DNA of 64,000 nucleotides from Eledone cirrhosa (Eukaryota): NCBI GenBank assembly GCA_964016885.1, contig OZ024743.1, positions 337,032,001 to 337,096,000 of the forward strand, read 5' to 3'. Shown piece by piece: positions 28,664 to 39,844 of this stretch (position 1 is its first letter; each line of letters starts with the position of its first letter). The notes under the pieces were generated by a model. It saw only the letters and a program-made list of their open reading frames with translations, ran no database searches and was not told where the DNA came from. The position numbers and the translations under genes were made by a program.

Positions 28664-29038
28664 CTGTTTTTATGTTAAAAAAGTGGCTCCAGCGCTACTT
28701 GGTGTTGCAAAAATTCTTGTGGTCAAAACAATTTTGATTGGTCGGTAGAGGTCATGTGAATGTAAAAAATTGATTTTGCGCCAAGACTGTTTTTATGTTA
28801 AAAAAGTGGCTCCAGCGCTACTTGGTGTTGCAAAAATTCTTGTGGTCAAAACAATTTTGATTGGTTGGTAGAGGTCATGTGAATGTAAAAAATTGATTTT
28901 GCGCCAAGACTGAGAAATGACTCTTTCACAACAAATATGTGTGTGTAGTAGTAGTAAAGTGTTCGATGTTGTGATAATGGTTAGCAGGGATGTGTGTGCG
29001 AACCGCAGCCTGTTGACAGTTCAAATGGCTATTAAGAT

Positions 29039-29135
<97 letters not shown>

Positions 29136-29293
29136 TCGTGGTAGCGGGATGGTCAGTAGGAATGTCTGTAAGCAGTATTTTAGCATGAAACATAAAAACA
29201 GTCTTGGCGCAAAATCAATTTTTTACATTCACATGACCTCTACCGACCAATCAAAATTGTTTTGACCACAAGAATTTTTGCAACACCAAGTAG
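28664..29293. repeat. ~124-bp unit duplicated in tandem plus an inverted third copy across a (GT)n tract
   Basis: CTGTTTTTATGTTAAAAAAGTGG...GCGCCAAGA at 28664 and 28788; reverse complement at ~29190-29293. Confidence 0.85.
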
Positions 29294-30274
29294 TTATCGA
29301 GTATGGCCATTCCATGATATACCATTATTAATAATTATTAATTAATTCTATCTGAGTTCAAATCGTGCCGAGGTTAACTTTGCCTTTCATCCTTACGGGG
29401 TCGATAAAATAAAGTACCAGTAGCGTACTGGTTAATTGCTGGCCTTGTGCCAAAAGTAGAAACAATTAATTAATTCTATCGTGCAATGCCTGTGCGTAAA
29501 GATATTTTTTAAAGTGAGGATAGACTGTGCACTTAGCCAATCCCACTCTCTGAGCCGCAGGTTTTATATCGGAGTTATCCCAGATTCCTGAGTTGCCTTC
29601 TCTTAGAAGAATGCCCCGACAAAGGCTAGGGGTCCTTCACTCCCAGTGGTTTAACCGGACGGTACATGTCTAAATACATATTTACACAATTTCGGATGGC
29701 TGTTGACTCTTACAAGTTCTTCCCCCCTTTGTCAGGTTTTGTTTTTTGTCCTGCAGGGTATCCAAAATCACCCTCCTCACCAACTAAACTTGGTGGGGTT
29801 GCTGGTTTAGTCGCCGACGATACGACCATGCGACAGGTTGTACTGGGTTACATGTTACCAGTAGCACTCAAGAGTGACCCGACATAACATACATACATAC
29901 ATACATACATACACACACATACATACTTACATACATACAGACACATGCATATATATACACACACACATACATACATACATACATACATACATACATACAT
30001 ACATACATACATACATACTTAAACACACACATATACGCACATACCGAAATATATATATACACACACATCGATATATACATACACACACACATACATACAT
30101 ATAGACATACATATATTACGTACAGACAGACATACAGACACACATACATACATACTTTACATACTTACATACATAAATACATACATACATGATGGCTGCC
30201 TCCTCGTTATCGAGTATGGCCATTGCACGAAAAAAAAACATAGTAATAACAATAACGACAATAATAATAATAAT

Positions 30275-30572
30275 AATTGTTTCTACTTTTGGCACAAGGC
30301 CAGCAATTACCCAGTACATTACAGGTACTTTATTTTATCGACCCCGTAGGATGAAAGGCAAAGTTAACCTCGACGGGATTAATAATAATAATAATTGTTT
30401 CTACTTTTGGCACAAGGCCAGCAATTATCCAGTGCATTACTGGTACTTTATTTTATCGACCCCGTAAGGATGAAAGGCAAAGTTAACCTCGGCGGGATTT
30501 GAACTCAGATCATAAAGGGACGTAACTCTATGCGTCAAAGCATGGCGTCCGTCCCTCTACCGATACTGCCAA
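30275..30572 (-). mobile_element. Two tandem SINE copies directly 3' of the Tx1-like LINE
   Basis: Reverse complement of the SINE consensus; the copies are joined through (ATT)n tails. Confidence 0.88.
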
Positions 30573-30574
30573 TA

Positions 30575-33500
30575 ATAATAATAATGATTTCATTTATTAG
30601 CCACCAGGGCCGACATGTAGGGGACAATACAAAGACAGGGACAGTGGGGGTTTACAATAAGGTCGAGTAAAAGTGCACAATGGCAAGACTAATTTAACAA
30701 TGAAAATATAAAAATATAAAATAAACTATGCATAAATATAACAAAATAAATTCCCCGATAGGGGGTGTACGACCCTGGGGTGCTTCAGGTACCCCACTAA
30801 TCCTGAACCACCCTGCGCTTCTAGGGCACCCAGGGAGAGCACCCCTCTCCTCAAGTTAGCCAGCCTATAGGCGCATGGTCAGAGTAGGCCCATTCACACG
30901 AGCCATTCTCGCCACATTCACCCACCTTTTAGCAAATGTACTGGGGAGCAGCACTTCTCTCTCCACCCTCACCTTCCTTTCCAGGTGAAACTTGAAGAAG
31001 TTGATGAGGGATTGGCCGAAGAGAAAAGTGTCTGCCTTTAGTCCTTTCAACCTGGTCCACCATATAATCTCTTTCGCAACTGCCACCAGACAGAGGAAAA
31101 TGTCCTGCTCTTCCTGACCTAAGGAAGGCGGTGGATCGATCTTCACTATGGACTCGGCCGATAGCCGGATTCGTTCCACACGCGACAGTAGCTGTTCGAC
31201 ATAACTCCACAAGTCAGTAATGCACGGACATTGGACAAGTGCGTGCAGAACGGTTTCGTCGTTCTGTGCGCATCTTGGGCAGGTCCGTCTGACAGCACTT
31301 CCGTGCCTGTAGAGTTTATCCCGAACCGGCAGTGCCCCCCGGTAGCACTGCCAAGCGAGGGATTTCTGGAAATTCTCCATCGTCCCCGGCTCAAAAGTCC
31401 TCCGGTACAGACTGGTCAGTTCGACTTCGTCGAGGCCCAAAGCTTCTCCGAGTGCATCATCGCACTTGCCCACCACTAATCCTCTATAGAACTCGAGAGT
31501 GGAAGTTCCGCTGATCGCATTGCCCGCTTGGTAGAGGGCAGTGAATGCCTGGCAATATTCCAGGTGCCAGTCACCCAGTCTCGGTCTCTTCTTGATCCAG
31601 GACTGCAGCTCAGTCATAGAAATGAGCTGCGGAAAGGCCCGTCTGATAAACGGCGACCACACCTGTTCACCGTTGAGGCAGAATATCTGGAGATGTCGCA
31701 GCCTCAACGCATGTCTGCGCATCATTAGCCACGGCATGCCCAGCCCTCCGCGTAGAGGGTGCTGGCAGCAGATGGACCGCCTCACCAACGGAACTTGTCC
31801 CCTCAACAAGAATTTGAAGAGGAGCCGTTCCAGCTTGACGATGCGCGGACGGGGGCAAGGCACGACGGTCAGGCGGTAGTAGATGACGGACGCGATGTAC
31901 GCATTCGCCACCTCCGCGCGACCTTTCAGTGATAGCTTCCTCCCAGCCCATTTTTGGGTGAGACTGGCTACTCTACTCGTTACCTCGTCCCAATTCTTTT
32001 CCACCTGGAGGTCTGGTCCGAACCAAACCCCGAGCAACTTTACCGGTCTGTCCGTCCAGCGCCCCACGACGCTGTTGGACGGCATGGATTTGCCTCTCCA
32101 GGTTCCGAGCTGCAAGCCCACCGACTTTTCCGGGTTAAGTTTCGCTCCTGTCAACCTTTCATATTCCTTCAATAAGGTGCCGACCACCTCGATTTCTGAG
32201 GTGTTCGACACCATCACGGTGATGTCGTCCGCATAAGCCGACACCGCCTTTCCACGTCCCGGTTCGAGCGGGATGCCCTGCAACAGCTCCAGCTTCCGCA
32301 GTAAAGGCTCGAGAGTCAATACGTACAGAAGGGAAGAGAGAGGGCACCCTTGACGGACCGATCGGGAGAGCCGAAATGGTTCCGAGAGGTGGCCATTAAC
32401 CTTGACCACCGAGCATGTGTCGCTGTGCATTGCAACGATTCAGCTTCTAAAGACAGGACCGAAGCCAGCTGCTTTGAGGACAAACTCCAGATACCGATGG
32501 TCGACCCTATCGAATGCTTTCGATTGATCTAAATTGATCAGTGCCCCACCGAAGCCAGGTTTACACCCTACCCTCTCTATGATGTATCGCATGAGGTGGA
32601 GATTGTCGTGTATGGATCTGGCTGGGATTGCGCAAGTTTGCGCCTCCCCAACCAAATCCTCGACGACAAGCGCCAATCTCTTTGCTAACACCTTGGCCAA
32701 AATCTTAAACTCTGTGTTGAGCAGGGTTATGGGCCTGAAGTTGTCTAATGATTCCCTCTTGTTCTCATCTTTCCTTATCAGCGTCACCACTCCCCTGCTC
32801 ACAGAACTGGGAATACTCCCATTCTGCTGCCAGTTACAGTAGAGTGCTTCGAGGAGTTCGGAGAACAAGTCTGGCATATTTACGTAAAGCTCGTAGGGCA
32901 GGCCATCCAAACCGGGTGACTTGCGCCTCATGCAGCCGACAAGGGCGTCCTGAATTTCGGCTGAAGTAATCGGCCTTTCGCAGCGCTCAGCGCCGACCGT
33001 CGAGATGCGCGACAAGCCGTCAAGGTAGGGACTGAAATCCGCTACTCTCCCTGACTCGCCACTCTCTCTGAACAACCGAGAAAAGTGCTGGCGAAAGGCC
33101 TCACACATCCGTTTGGAATCGCTTATCTCGTGTCCGTCTCGGTCCGCCAAAGACCGAATTGTGGTTTTACTACCACGCTGCGCCTCCGCCACGCGGGCCC
33201 ATCGAACAGCTTTAGTTCCCTCGTTTCTCAGCGCACGCGCCTTAGCTCTGACAATGCAACCTTCGTGTTTGGCATTGAAGAAATGGTCTAATGCCATTCT
33301 CGCCGCTAGCACGTCAGTTGCGATGCCACTACAAATAGCCTCGTCTAACTTATCTACCAGCTCCCCCTCCTTTCTATTTTTCTCTAACGCTAGTTCTTTG
33401 CTGAACTCTATCGAAGTTACTCTAATCTCTCTTTTGAGAGCCACCCACCATCTGTTGTTGATGATCCCCCCTGTCAACTTTTTCTTAACTAAAGTGTTGA

Positions 33501-36478
33501 CACGGTCCCTGTAAGCCTTACGTGCCGGAAATGACATGTTCAGCTTCCATTAACCCGGTCCTAACCTACGCGTTTTATTTAGGTCGACCGTACAGATCAC
33601 AAATTTGTGATCTGAATAAGCGACCGTTTTAAAAAGTGGACATCCCATCTATTTCTATCTATTTTCCTAATGAAGATCCTGTCTATATACGATCTAGATG
33701 ACCCCATTCGGTTGGTCCATGTCCATACTGGCACATTGGGGAAATCTATTCGATACCTGTCAGACAGTTGGAACTGGCTGAGTAGGTGCTTGAGGCTTTT
33801 GCACCCCCCACTCCTATCGGCTATTCCCACACAATCCCAGCGTGCGTCTAAGATGCCATTCCAGTCCCCCGCTAACATTAAAGGGCGAGACGTACCCAGA
33901 AAGGTCTCCAGGCGCCTAAAGAAGTCAGGTCGTCCGGCCCCTGTAGGGGCGTAGACGGCCAGCAGTCTAAAGGCACCACCGTCACTACTGTTCACATCCA
34001 AGACCACCAACTTACCGTCCGGGTCCCGGAAGTCGACCTTACCTCCTTTCCTAAACAGCACTGCCACCCCACCCCCATTCCCGGCCTGCTAACAGATGCG
34101 AAGATCTGATAGTCGTCGAAAATGGGGGCTAGTGCGCGCGTGTCGGAAATTCTGGTCTCGCTTACGGCAATCACATCCATTTCCAGCGACCGGAGGTCGT
34201 TGAGCAGGCGACCCTGCTTCCAGGGTGACCCCAGGCCGCGAACATTTAAACTTCCTACTCTTAATATGCCCATATTGGTAAGCTAAGAGAGAGAGAGGAA
34301 AGGTTTACTTACCTCCCGGGTCTTGTGAAGGTCGGGTGGTTCGATCTCCATGGTTGGTGGGGTTTCTTTTGGGAACCCCTTTAAAAGTCTTGATGTGGGT
34401 TTCACATTCGGGGTTCCCACGTCTTGAGGAAAGCTCTCTCGAATTTCTTTGAAGGAATTGAGTGACATTCGGACCAGAAGCAAATCTTCTGGCACGCAAA
34501 ATGTGCTCATTTCAAAAATCTCCCCCTCTGTTTGAATGTCCTCGCTTCGCGCTAAGAGGGCCATCAGTTTATCGTTGGCCCTTCTGACAAGCACGAAGCT
34601 TTTAACATTTTGTTGGTGTGGTTTTATTTGTTTTCGTTTTGGTGAAGGTGGTGGCGATGGTTTTGGTGGTGTTGTTTCGGGTATGTCTATGTTTTTTGTA
34701 GGTGTGGTGTCTGCAATTTCAGGTATTTGTGTGTTTATTTGTACTTGTGTTTGTTTAGGTTGTTTGCGTTTCGGGGATTGTGGAGGTGGTGTCGATGTTG
34801 CTGTTGGTGATGATGTTATTGGGGAAGTGTTTGTGTTAGTGGTGTCTGTATTCTTTGTTGTGTGTGTTTTTGTGTTTTGTTGGGGCTTTTTTTTTTGTGA
34901 GTTTTCTCTGTTTTTTTGCACTTTTGGGTTTTCCTTCATCTTCGCTGCTGAAAGACAAAGGGTCTGTGTCTGTGAGTGTCTCTGTGTCTGTGTGTGCGTT
35001 TATTGTTTTGTCTATGTGTATAATTGGGGGGAGGGGGTAGGGGGAGTGGGAGAGCTTTCCTCGTTTTCTCCTTGGATTGGTTTTGGTGTTGGTGGTGATC
35101 CGGCTGCTTTTGATGTTGGTGTCCGTGTTTTTGTTGATATTGTTTTTGGTGGTGGTGCAACTTTCCGTGCTGACACTGGCGTTGGCAACAAAGGAAGTTT
35201 GCGAACCCCTGCATTTTTGCGCTGAGGGAATAAGGCTTGAAGATGCGTTGCTTCCCCGCAGACGAAGCAGCGTGGCCTTCTTCCGTCAATCATTAGTTGG
35301 ATTGTTGTCCCGTCCTGCAGGCGGGCAAAATCCGGGATGTTATTCATATTCTCCGGTTTCATTTGGAGAAGAATCTCCAAATCCATTCCGGACCAGTCCT
35401 CTCTCTGTCCTTTTGATGTCCAGGAGGGTAGTGTCTGTCCCCTCCTCGATTACGCATCCCAGCAGCCACCATATGTTCATTCCTGGTGGGATGCTGGGAA
35501 TGCGTGCCTTCACTGTTCTTTTACCCATATAGGACGGATGCATGATAATGCGTTCCGTTCTGCAGGGGGTCACCGAGTGCTTAATAGCGAGGGCCTCGGT
35601 TTTGAACAGTACCGAGATGGTACCGAACTGTTTGCCTCTTGCTTTGTACTCTCTGTTACTTCCGATGTACTCCAAAGCAGCCTCTACCTCTGCTTGGCTC
35701 GCAAGTTCCACTTTTCGTGTCTGCACCGAAATACATCGAAAGAACACCGTCCTCCTTTGCATGGCCGTTATTGCCTCGTCCGGGATGGTCAGATTTGCCC
35801 AGGACTTCTCCCGTTTAATTAGCCTCCACGCTTTGGCCAACTGTTCGTCTTTATCGCTAATATCAATATCAATATTCAATAAGCGCTTTGTTTTTGCTGC
35901 TGCTGCAGCAAATGTGGTGTTACTGATGCTCTTATTGTTGTTGTTGTCATTCTTGCTGTTGTTATTGGTGTTGCCACCGCCATCCTTGTTTACATTGAAG
36001 CTGTCGGTGTTATTGTCGTTATTGCTCTGAGTTGTTGTTATTGTGGTGGTGGTGGTGGCGGTGGTGGTGATGTCGTTTTCAGATGATACTGCTGCTATCG
36101 CAGAAGGTTGTGATGGTAGCTTTTGAGTTTTGCCTTCACATTCAGTAGAGTGGATGATAGGCATGACTGTAGCCGTCGTAGTCGTGATGAAATCTGGGAT
36201 CGAATGGGATCGAATGTGGCTTTTTAGCCCAGCCAATGATCTAAAATGTCTTGCACAGAGTTGGGAACCAAACATTCACTGGGAATAGTCGGCTGTGGTT
36301 GGAGTTCGTGTATTTTTGCATGTCGCTTGAGCCCTCCTGCTGAACTACACTCTCTTCCACATGCTTGGCAGACATGGTAGTCAACCACTGGTCTCACTTT
36401 ATGACTGCGAAGATGACTTTCGAGTCCAGCTTTGCTTAGGCAGAGTCTCGCACAGACGCTGCATGTCAGCAACATAAT
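30575..36478 (-). mobile_element. Tx1/L1-clade LINE, near full length (copy A), inside intron 1 of the host gene
   Basis: ORF1 (~36475-34283, frameshifted) with a CFVCGEATH knuckle. ORF2 from 34273 has an APE endonuclease (SLNVRGL, SET, VYAP, GDWN, IDR, SDH), RT (KSPGLDG, FRPITLLN, LDQSKAFDRVDH, VRQGCPLS, AYADD) and C-terminal CPRC...H...C. 3' UTR with AATAAA and (ATT)n. Confidence 0.95.
30865..34273 (-). pseudogene. Tx1-like ORF2 (APE + RT + CCHC), interrupted by a few frameshifts and a stop
   Basis: Consecutive ORF-track pieces 34273-33992, 34067-33597, 33537-32440 and 32430-30865. Confidence 0.93.
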
Positions 36479-36519
36479 CTGTTATTTTAATAAATATATA
36501 TATATATATATATATTTAA

Positions 36520-37748
36520 TATTTTTTCAATATTCTTTATTAGATTTATAACCACTAACTGATTCTGGCTAAATATATCTTTCAACATTTATACTTATTT
36601 TATTTTGACTAAATAGTCTCATAGTGTGAGTGCGTGTATATATGTACCGGCGGGTGTCTGCGTGATAGGGGTTGGGGGGGGGGGGGGTATTGTTAGTTGG
36701 GTGGTGGGCGGTGAAAAGGAAGAGTGTGTTAGTGGTATTAGTGGGGGATATGTGTGTGTGGGGGGGACAGGGCGGTCGAAGGCTAAAGGAATAGGGGTGG
36801 GGAGTTCAGGCCGAGGGAGTGTGGGTCTGTAGGGTGAAGATGGTGCGTTGTTCGATCCTGAGGCGGGTGTTCCGTGGCATTGGAGTAGGCCACAGACTGT
36901 GAGGTGGTGCGCGGAATGTCCAGGGAAGCCAAAGTGGCGGGCGATGGGAGAACTCCCGCCGAGACGAATATCCCGGAGGTGTTCGGTAAAACGGTCCGCC
37001 AGGCGACGTCCAGTCTGTCCGACGTAGGTTGTGCTACACTCCGTGCAGCGAAGTCCATAGACTAGGTTGGAGGAGGTGCAGCGGAAGGTGTGCCGGACAG
37101 AGACTGAGTGGCCGTTGGGATCCTGGAAGGTGGTGGTGTTGGTGATGTGGGGACAGGTGTTGCAACGAGGCCTGGAGCAGGGAAGGGAACCGGAGGGGGG
37201 GGCGTGGGTTGGCGGTAGGGAGCTGCAGACGAGGAGGGTACGGAGATTGCGTGCGCGTTTGAAGGAGGGGAGTGGTGGGGATGGGAAGATGTGGAGGGGG
37301 TCGGACTGGAGGCGTCGGAAGAGACGGAGGATGGTGCGGTGGAGGGGTGATAGGTGATGGGGAAGGGGAGACGGTGGGTGGGTGTGCGGTGGTGTGGGGT
37401 GAGGGTGGTGGAGCGGTGGACAGCCCGGGCGCGAGTGAAGGCGGTGTGGACGAGGGTAACCTCTGCGGATGAAATGGCTGACTAGGAAAAGGGCCTGGGA
37501 CTCAAAGTCAGCATCTCGGCTACAGAGGCGGCGGATCCTGAGGAGTTGGGAGTAGGGAATAGAGTGTTTAATGTGTGTTGGGTGGGAGGAGGTGAAGTCG
37601 AGGTAGGAGTGGGAGTCGTTGTGTTTGAAGAAGGCGGAGGTGACGAGGGAGTGGTGGGAGGGGTCGAAGGCGACGGAGATGTCTAAGAAGTGGACGTGGG
37701 TGGTGGAGATAGAGGTGGTGAAGTGGAGGGAGGGGTGGAAGTAGTAGA
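36520..37748 (-). mobile_element. Neptune-like Penelope element 3' fragment (RT thumb + GIY-YIG) with degenerate hammerhead at ~36603-36626
   Basis: HFLDI...SHSYLDFTSSHP...SIPYSQLLRIRRLCS; CSRPRCNTC; NLVYGLRCTEC...YVGQTGRRLADRFTEH. Minus strand also has CTATGA-GACT ATTT AGTC-AAAA. Confidence 0.88.
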
Positions 37749-38079
37749 AGATATACACATACATATATATATATACACACATATATATATATACACACAC
37801 ATATATATACATATACACACACATATATATACATATACACACACATATATATACACACACATATATATACACACATATATATATAAACACACACATATAT
37901 ATATATATATACACACACACATATATATATACACTCCTATATATATATACACTCATATATATATATACATATATATATACACACATATATATATACATAT
38001 ATATATACACACACACGCACAGAATTACAAAGGATATTCCTCAGTGTATACTGTAATGTAGTAGTAAAGCATCACTTAC

Positions 38080-38176
38080 CTTCAATTGTCTGAGATTCAA
38101 TATTCATATTCAAAACAGCACATCTTCCCAGATAGAACATTAGCGCCAAATAAAAGATTACATTCATCTTTTTCAT
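38080..38176 (-). CDS. Exon 1 (coding part) of predicted secreted protein, encoding the signal peptide
   Basis: ATG in AAGATGA context; MKKMNVIFYLALMFYLGRCAVLNMNIESQTIE + G/gtaagt (phase 1); basic N-terminus, hydrophobic core, small residues near position 20. Confidence 0.85.
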
Positions 38177-38254
38177 CTTGGTATTTCTTTTGCTCAAAAC
38201 TCGACAGAAGTTCTCTCGCTAGTGAGAAAAAAGGAAAGAGACAAAATGCAAGAT

Positions 38255-38294
38255 GGAAATGGTTAAGATCTGTATGAAGTATTCACTATTTATA
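38255..38294 (-). promoter_or_regulatory. Candidate TATA box and initiator of the host gene
   Basis: Minus-strand TATAAATA at 38294-38287 with pyrimidine-rich TTAACCATTTCC ~30 nt downstream. Alternatively a splice acceptor (tccttttttctcactag) at 38219 would imply an upstream UTR exon. Confidence 0.4.
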
Positions 38295-38559
38295 TGGTTA
38301 CATTACATCCGCTGGAGTGATATTTCAGTGTGAAAACAAATCACTATCAACAAAATACAGCTATACAAAAGAAAAGAAAAATGCAATATATCTAGGATAG
38401 GTTTCCTAAAATATTCCAGTCGGTTCCTAAGATATCAACTACTTCAAAATTTACCACAAGATTCAGGATTCGAAAAACTTGATGTTTCTTTTGTTTCTTT
38501 TTTTTTTTCAATATTTAAATTAGGTTGTTTTTGTTGGTTTGTGTATTATATTGTTGATA

Positions 38560-38947
38560 TATGGTTTCTTATTTAGACACAAGATCAGCAATTGGGGAAG
38601 GGGGTCGGTTGTATTGACTCAAATTGTTTTCTGATACTTTAATTTATTAACTCTTGGAAGAATAAAAAGCGAAGTTGACTTCAGTTGAATTTGAAACCAG
38701 AAAGTAAAGAGCCACAACAAATATTGTAAAAGTATTTTGTCCGACACTAAAAATTCTGCGAAGTAACCACATTGAATGATTTCTAGTTTAGAAAGAATGC
38801 CAGTAATTTGAGGGGATGGGAATAACGTCGAACATTATTCTATTAATTATTTTAAAGATGAAAGATAGTGTTGACTATGGCGGGTTTGAACTCACAGCGT
38901 AGAATGTCGGAATGAATACTGTAAAGCATTCTATCCGTAGCTCCTAC
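38560..38947 (-). mobile_element. Two old, diverged SINE copies
   Basis: GTTGACT...TTTGAA(C/A) B-box reverse complements at ~38675-38700 and 38870-38895. Confidence 0.65.
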
Positions 38948-39620
38948 GATTTATTAGCCACACAGAGTTGACATCAAGAAAACACTAACGATAACTCGGG
39001 ATGTCACAGGACGATACAAAAGATAGATTTTGCTCTAAAAAAAGGTGGTAAGAAGAAAACGCGAAACACGTGAACAAATCAAATGAAAGAAAACTTCGAA
39101 ATGGGAAGACTTCTGAGAAACCCCACAAAAAGCCTCGGTTACCTTGATGGCTAGGGCAAGTCCGTCCTTCCAGTTGTCCTCTTCCAATTTAAGACTGCAC
39201 ATTCAGAGCATGCCCTAGCAGTCATGGTTCCCCCTTCCAGGTGTGCTCTTCCAATTTAGGACTCCACATTCAGAAAATGCCCTAGTGGTCATGGTGCCCC
39301 TTCCAGGTGTCCTCTTCCAATTTAGGACTCCACATTCAGAAAATACCCTAGTGGTCATGGTGCCCCTTCCAGGTGTCCTCTTCCAATTTAGGACTTCACA
39401 TTCAGAAAATGCCCTAGTGGTCATAGTGCCCGTGGCTTTTTGTGGGTTTCTCGGCAAGTTGGACTCATATGTCTTCCTCCACCCTTTTGGGGAATTTTCA
39501 TGCTTGCTGTGTTTTTCTTACCACCTTATTTACATGAAAATACAAATTTGTATCGTCCTGTGTCGTCCTCTAATGTTTTCATAATGTCAGCCCTGTGGCG
39601 TTACTAAAGAAACAATTATT
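38948..39620. mobile_element. Element with two outward-facing Tx1-like 3' tails (imperfect inverted repeats) around a 66-bp x4 tandem repeat
   Basis: Arms 38948-39138 and 39430-39617 share TTTGTATCGTCCTGTG, TTCTTACCACCTT, GGCTTTTTGTGGG and ATGTCA.C.CTGTG; TTCCAATTTAGGAC period 66 at 39182-39432. Confidence 0.6.
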
Positions 39621-39647
39621 ATTATTGTTATTATTATTGGCTGTAAG

Positions 39648-39843
39648 GGCGGTGGATTGGCAGTATCGGTAGAAAGTCGGACGCCATGCTTTGACGCAAA
39701 GAGTTACGTCCCTTTACGATCTGAGTTCAAATCCCGCCGAGGTTAACTTTGCCTTTCATCCTTAGGGGGTCGATAAAATAAAGTACCAGTAATGTACTGG
39801 GTAATTGCTGGCTTGTGCCAAAAGTAGAAACAATTATTATTAT
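39648..39843 (+). mobile_element. tRNA-derived SINE, young full-length copy
   Basis: GGCGGTGGATTGGCAGTATCGG...GAGTTCAAATCCCGCC...GTAGAAACAATTATTATT. Confidence 0.92.
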
Positions 39844-39844
39844 A

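Noticed and set aside
39648-39740. tRNA genes at A-box/B-box motifs
   Set aside because: They continue into a shared SINE core and tail and no complete cloverleaf is evident; these are SINE heads.
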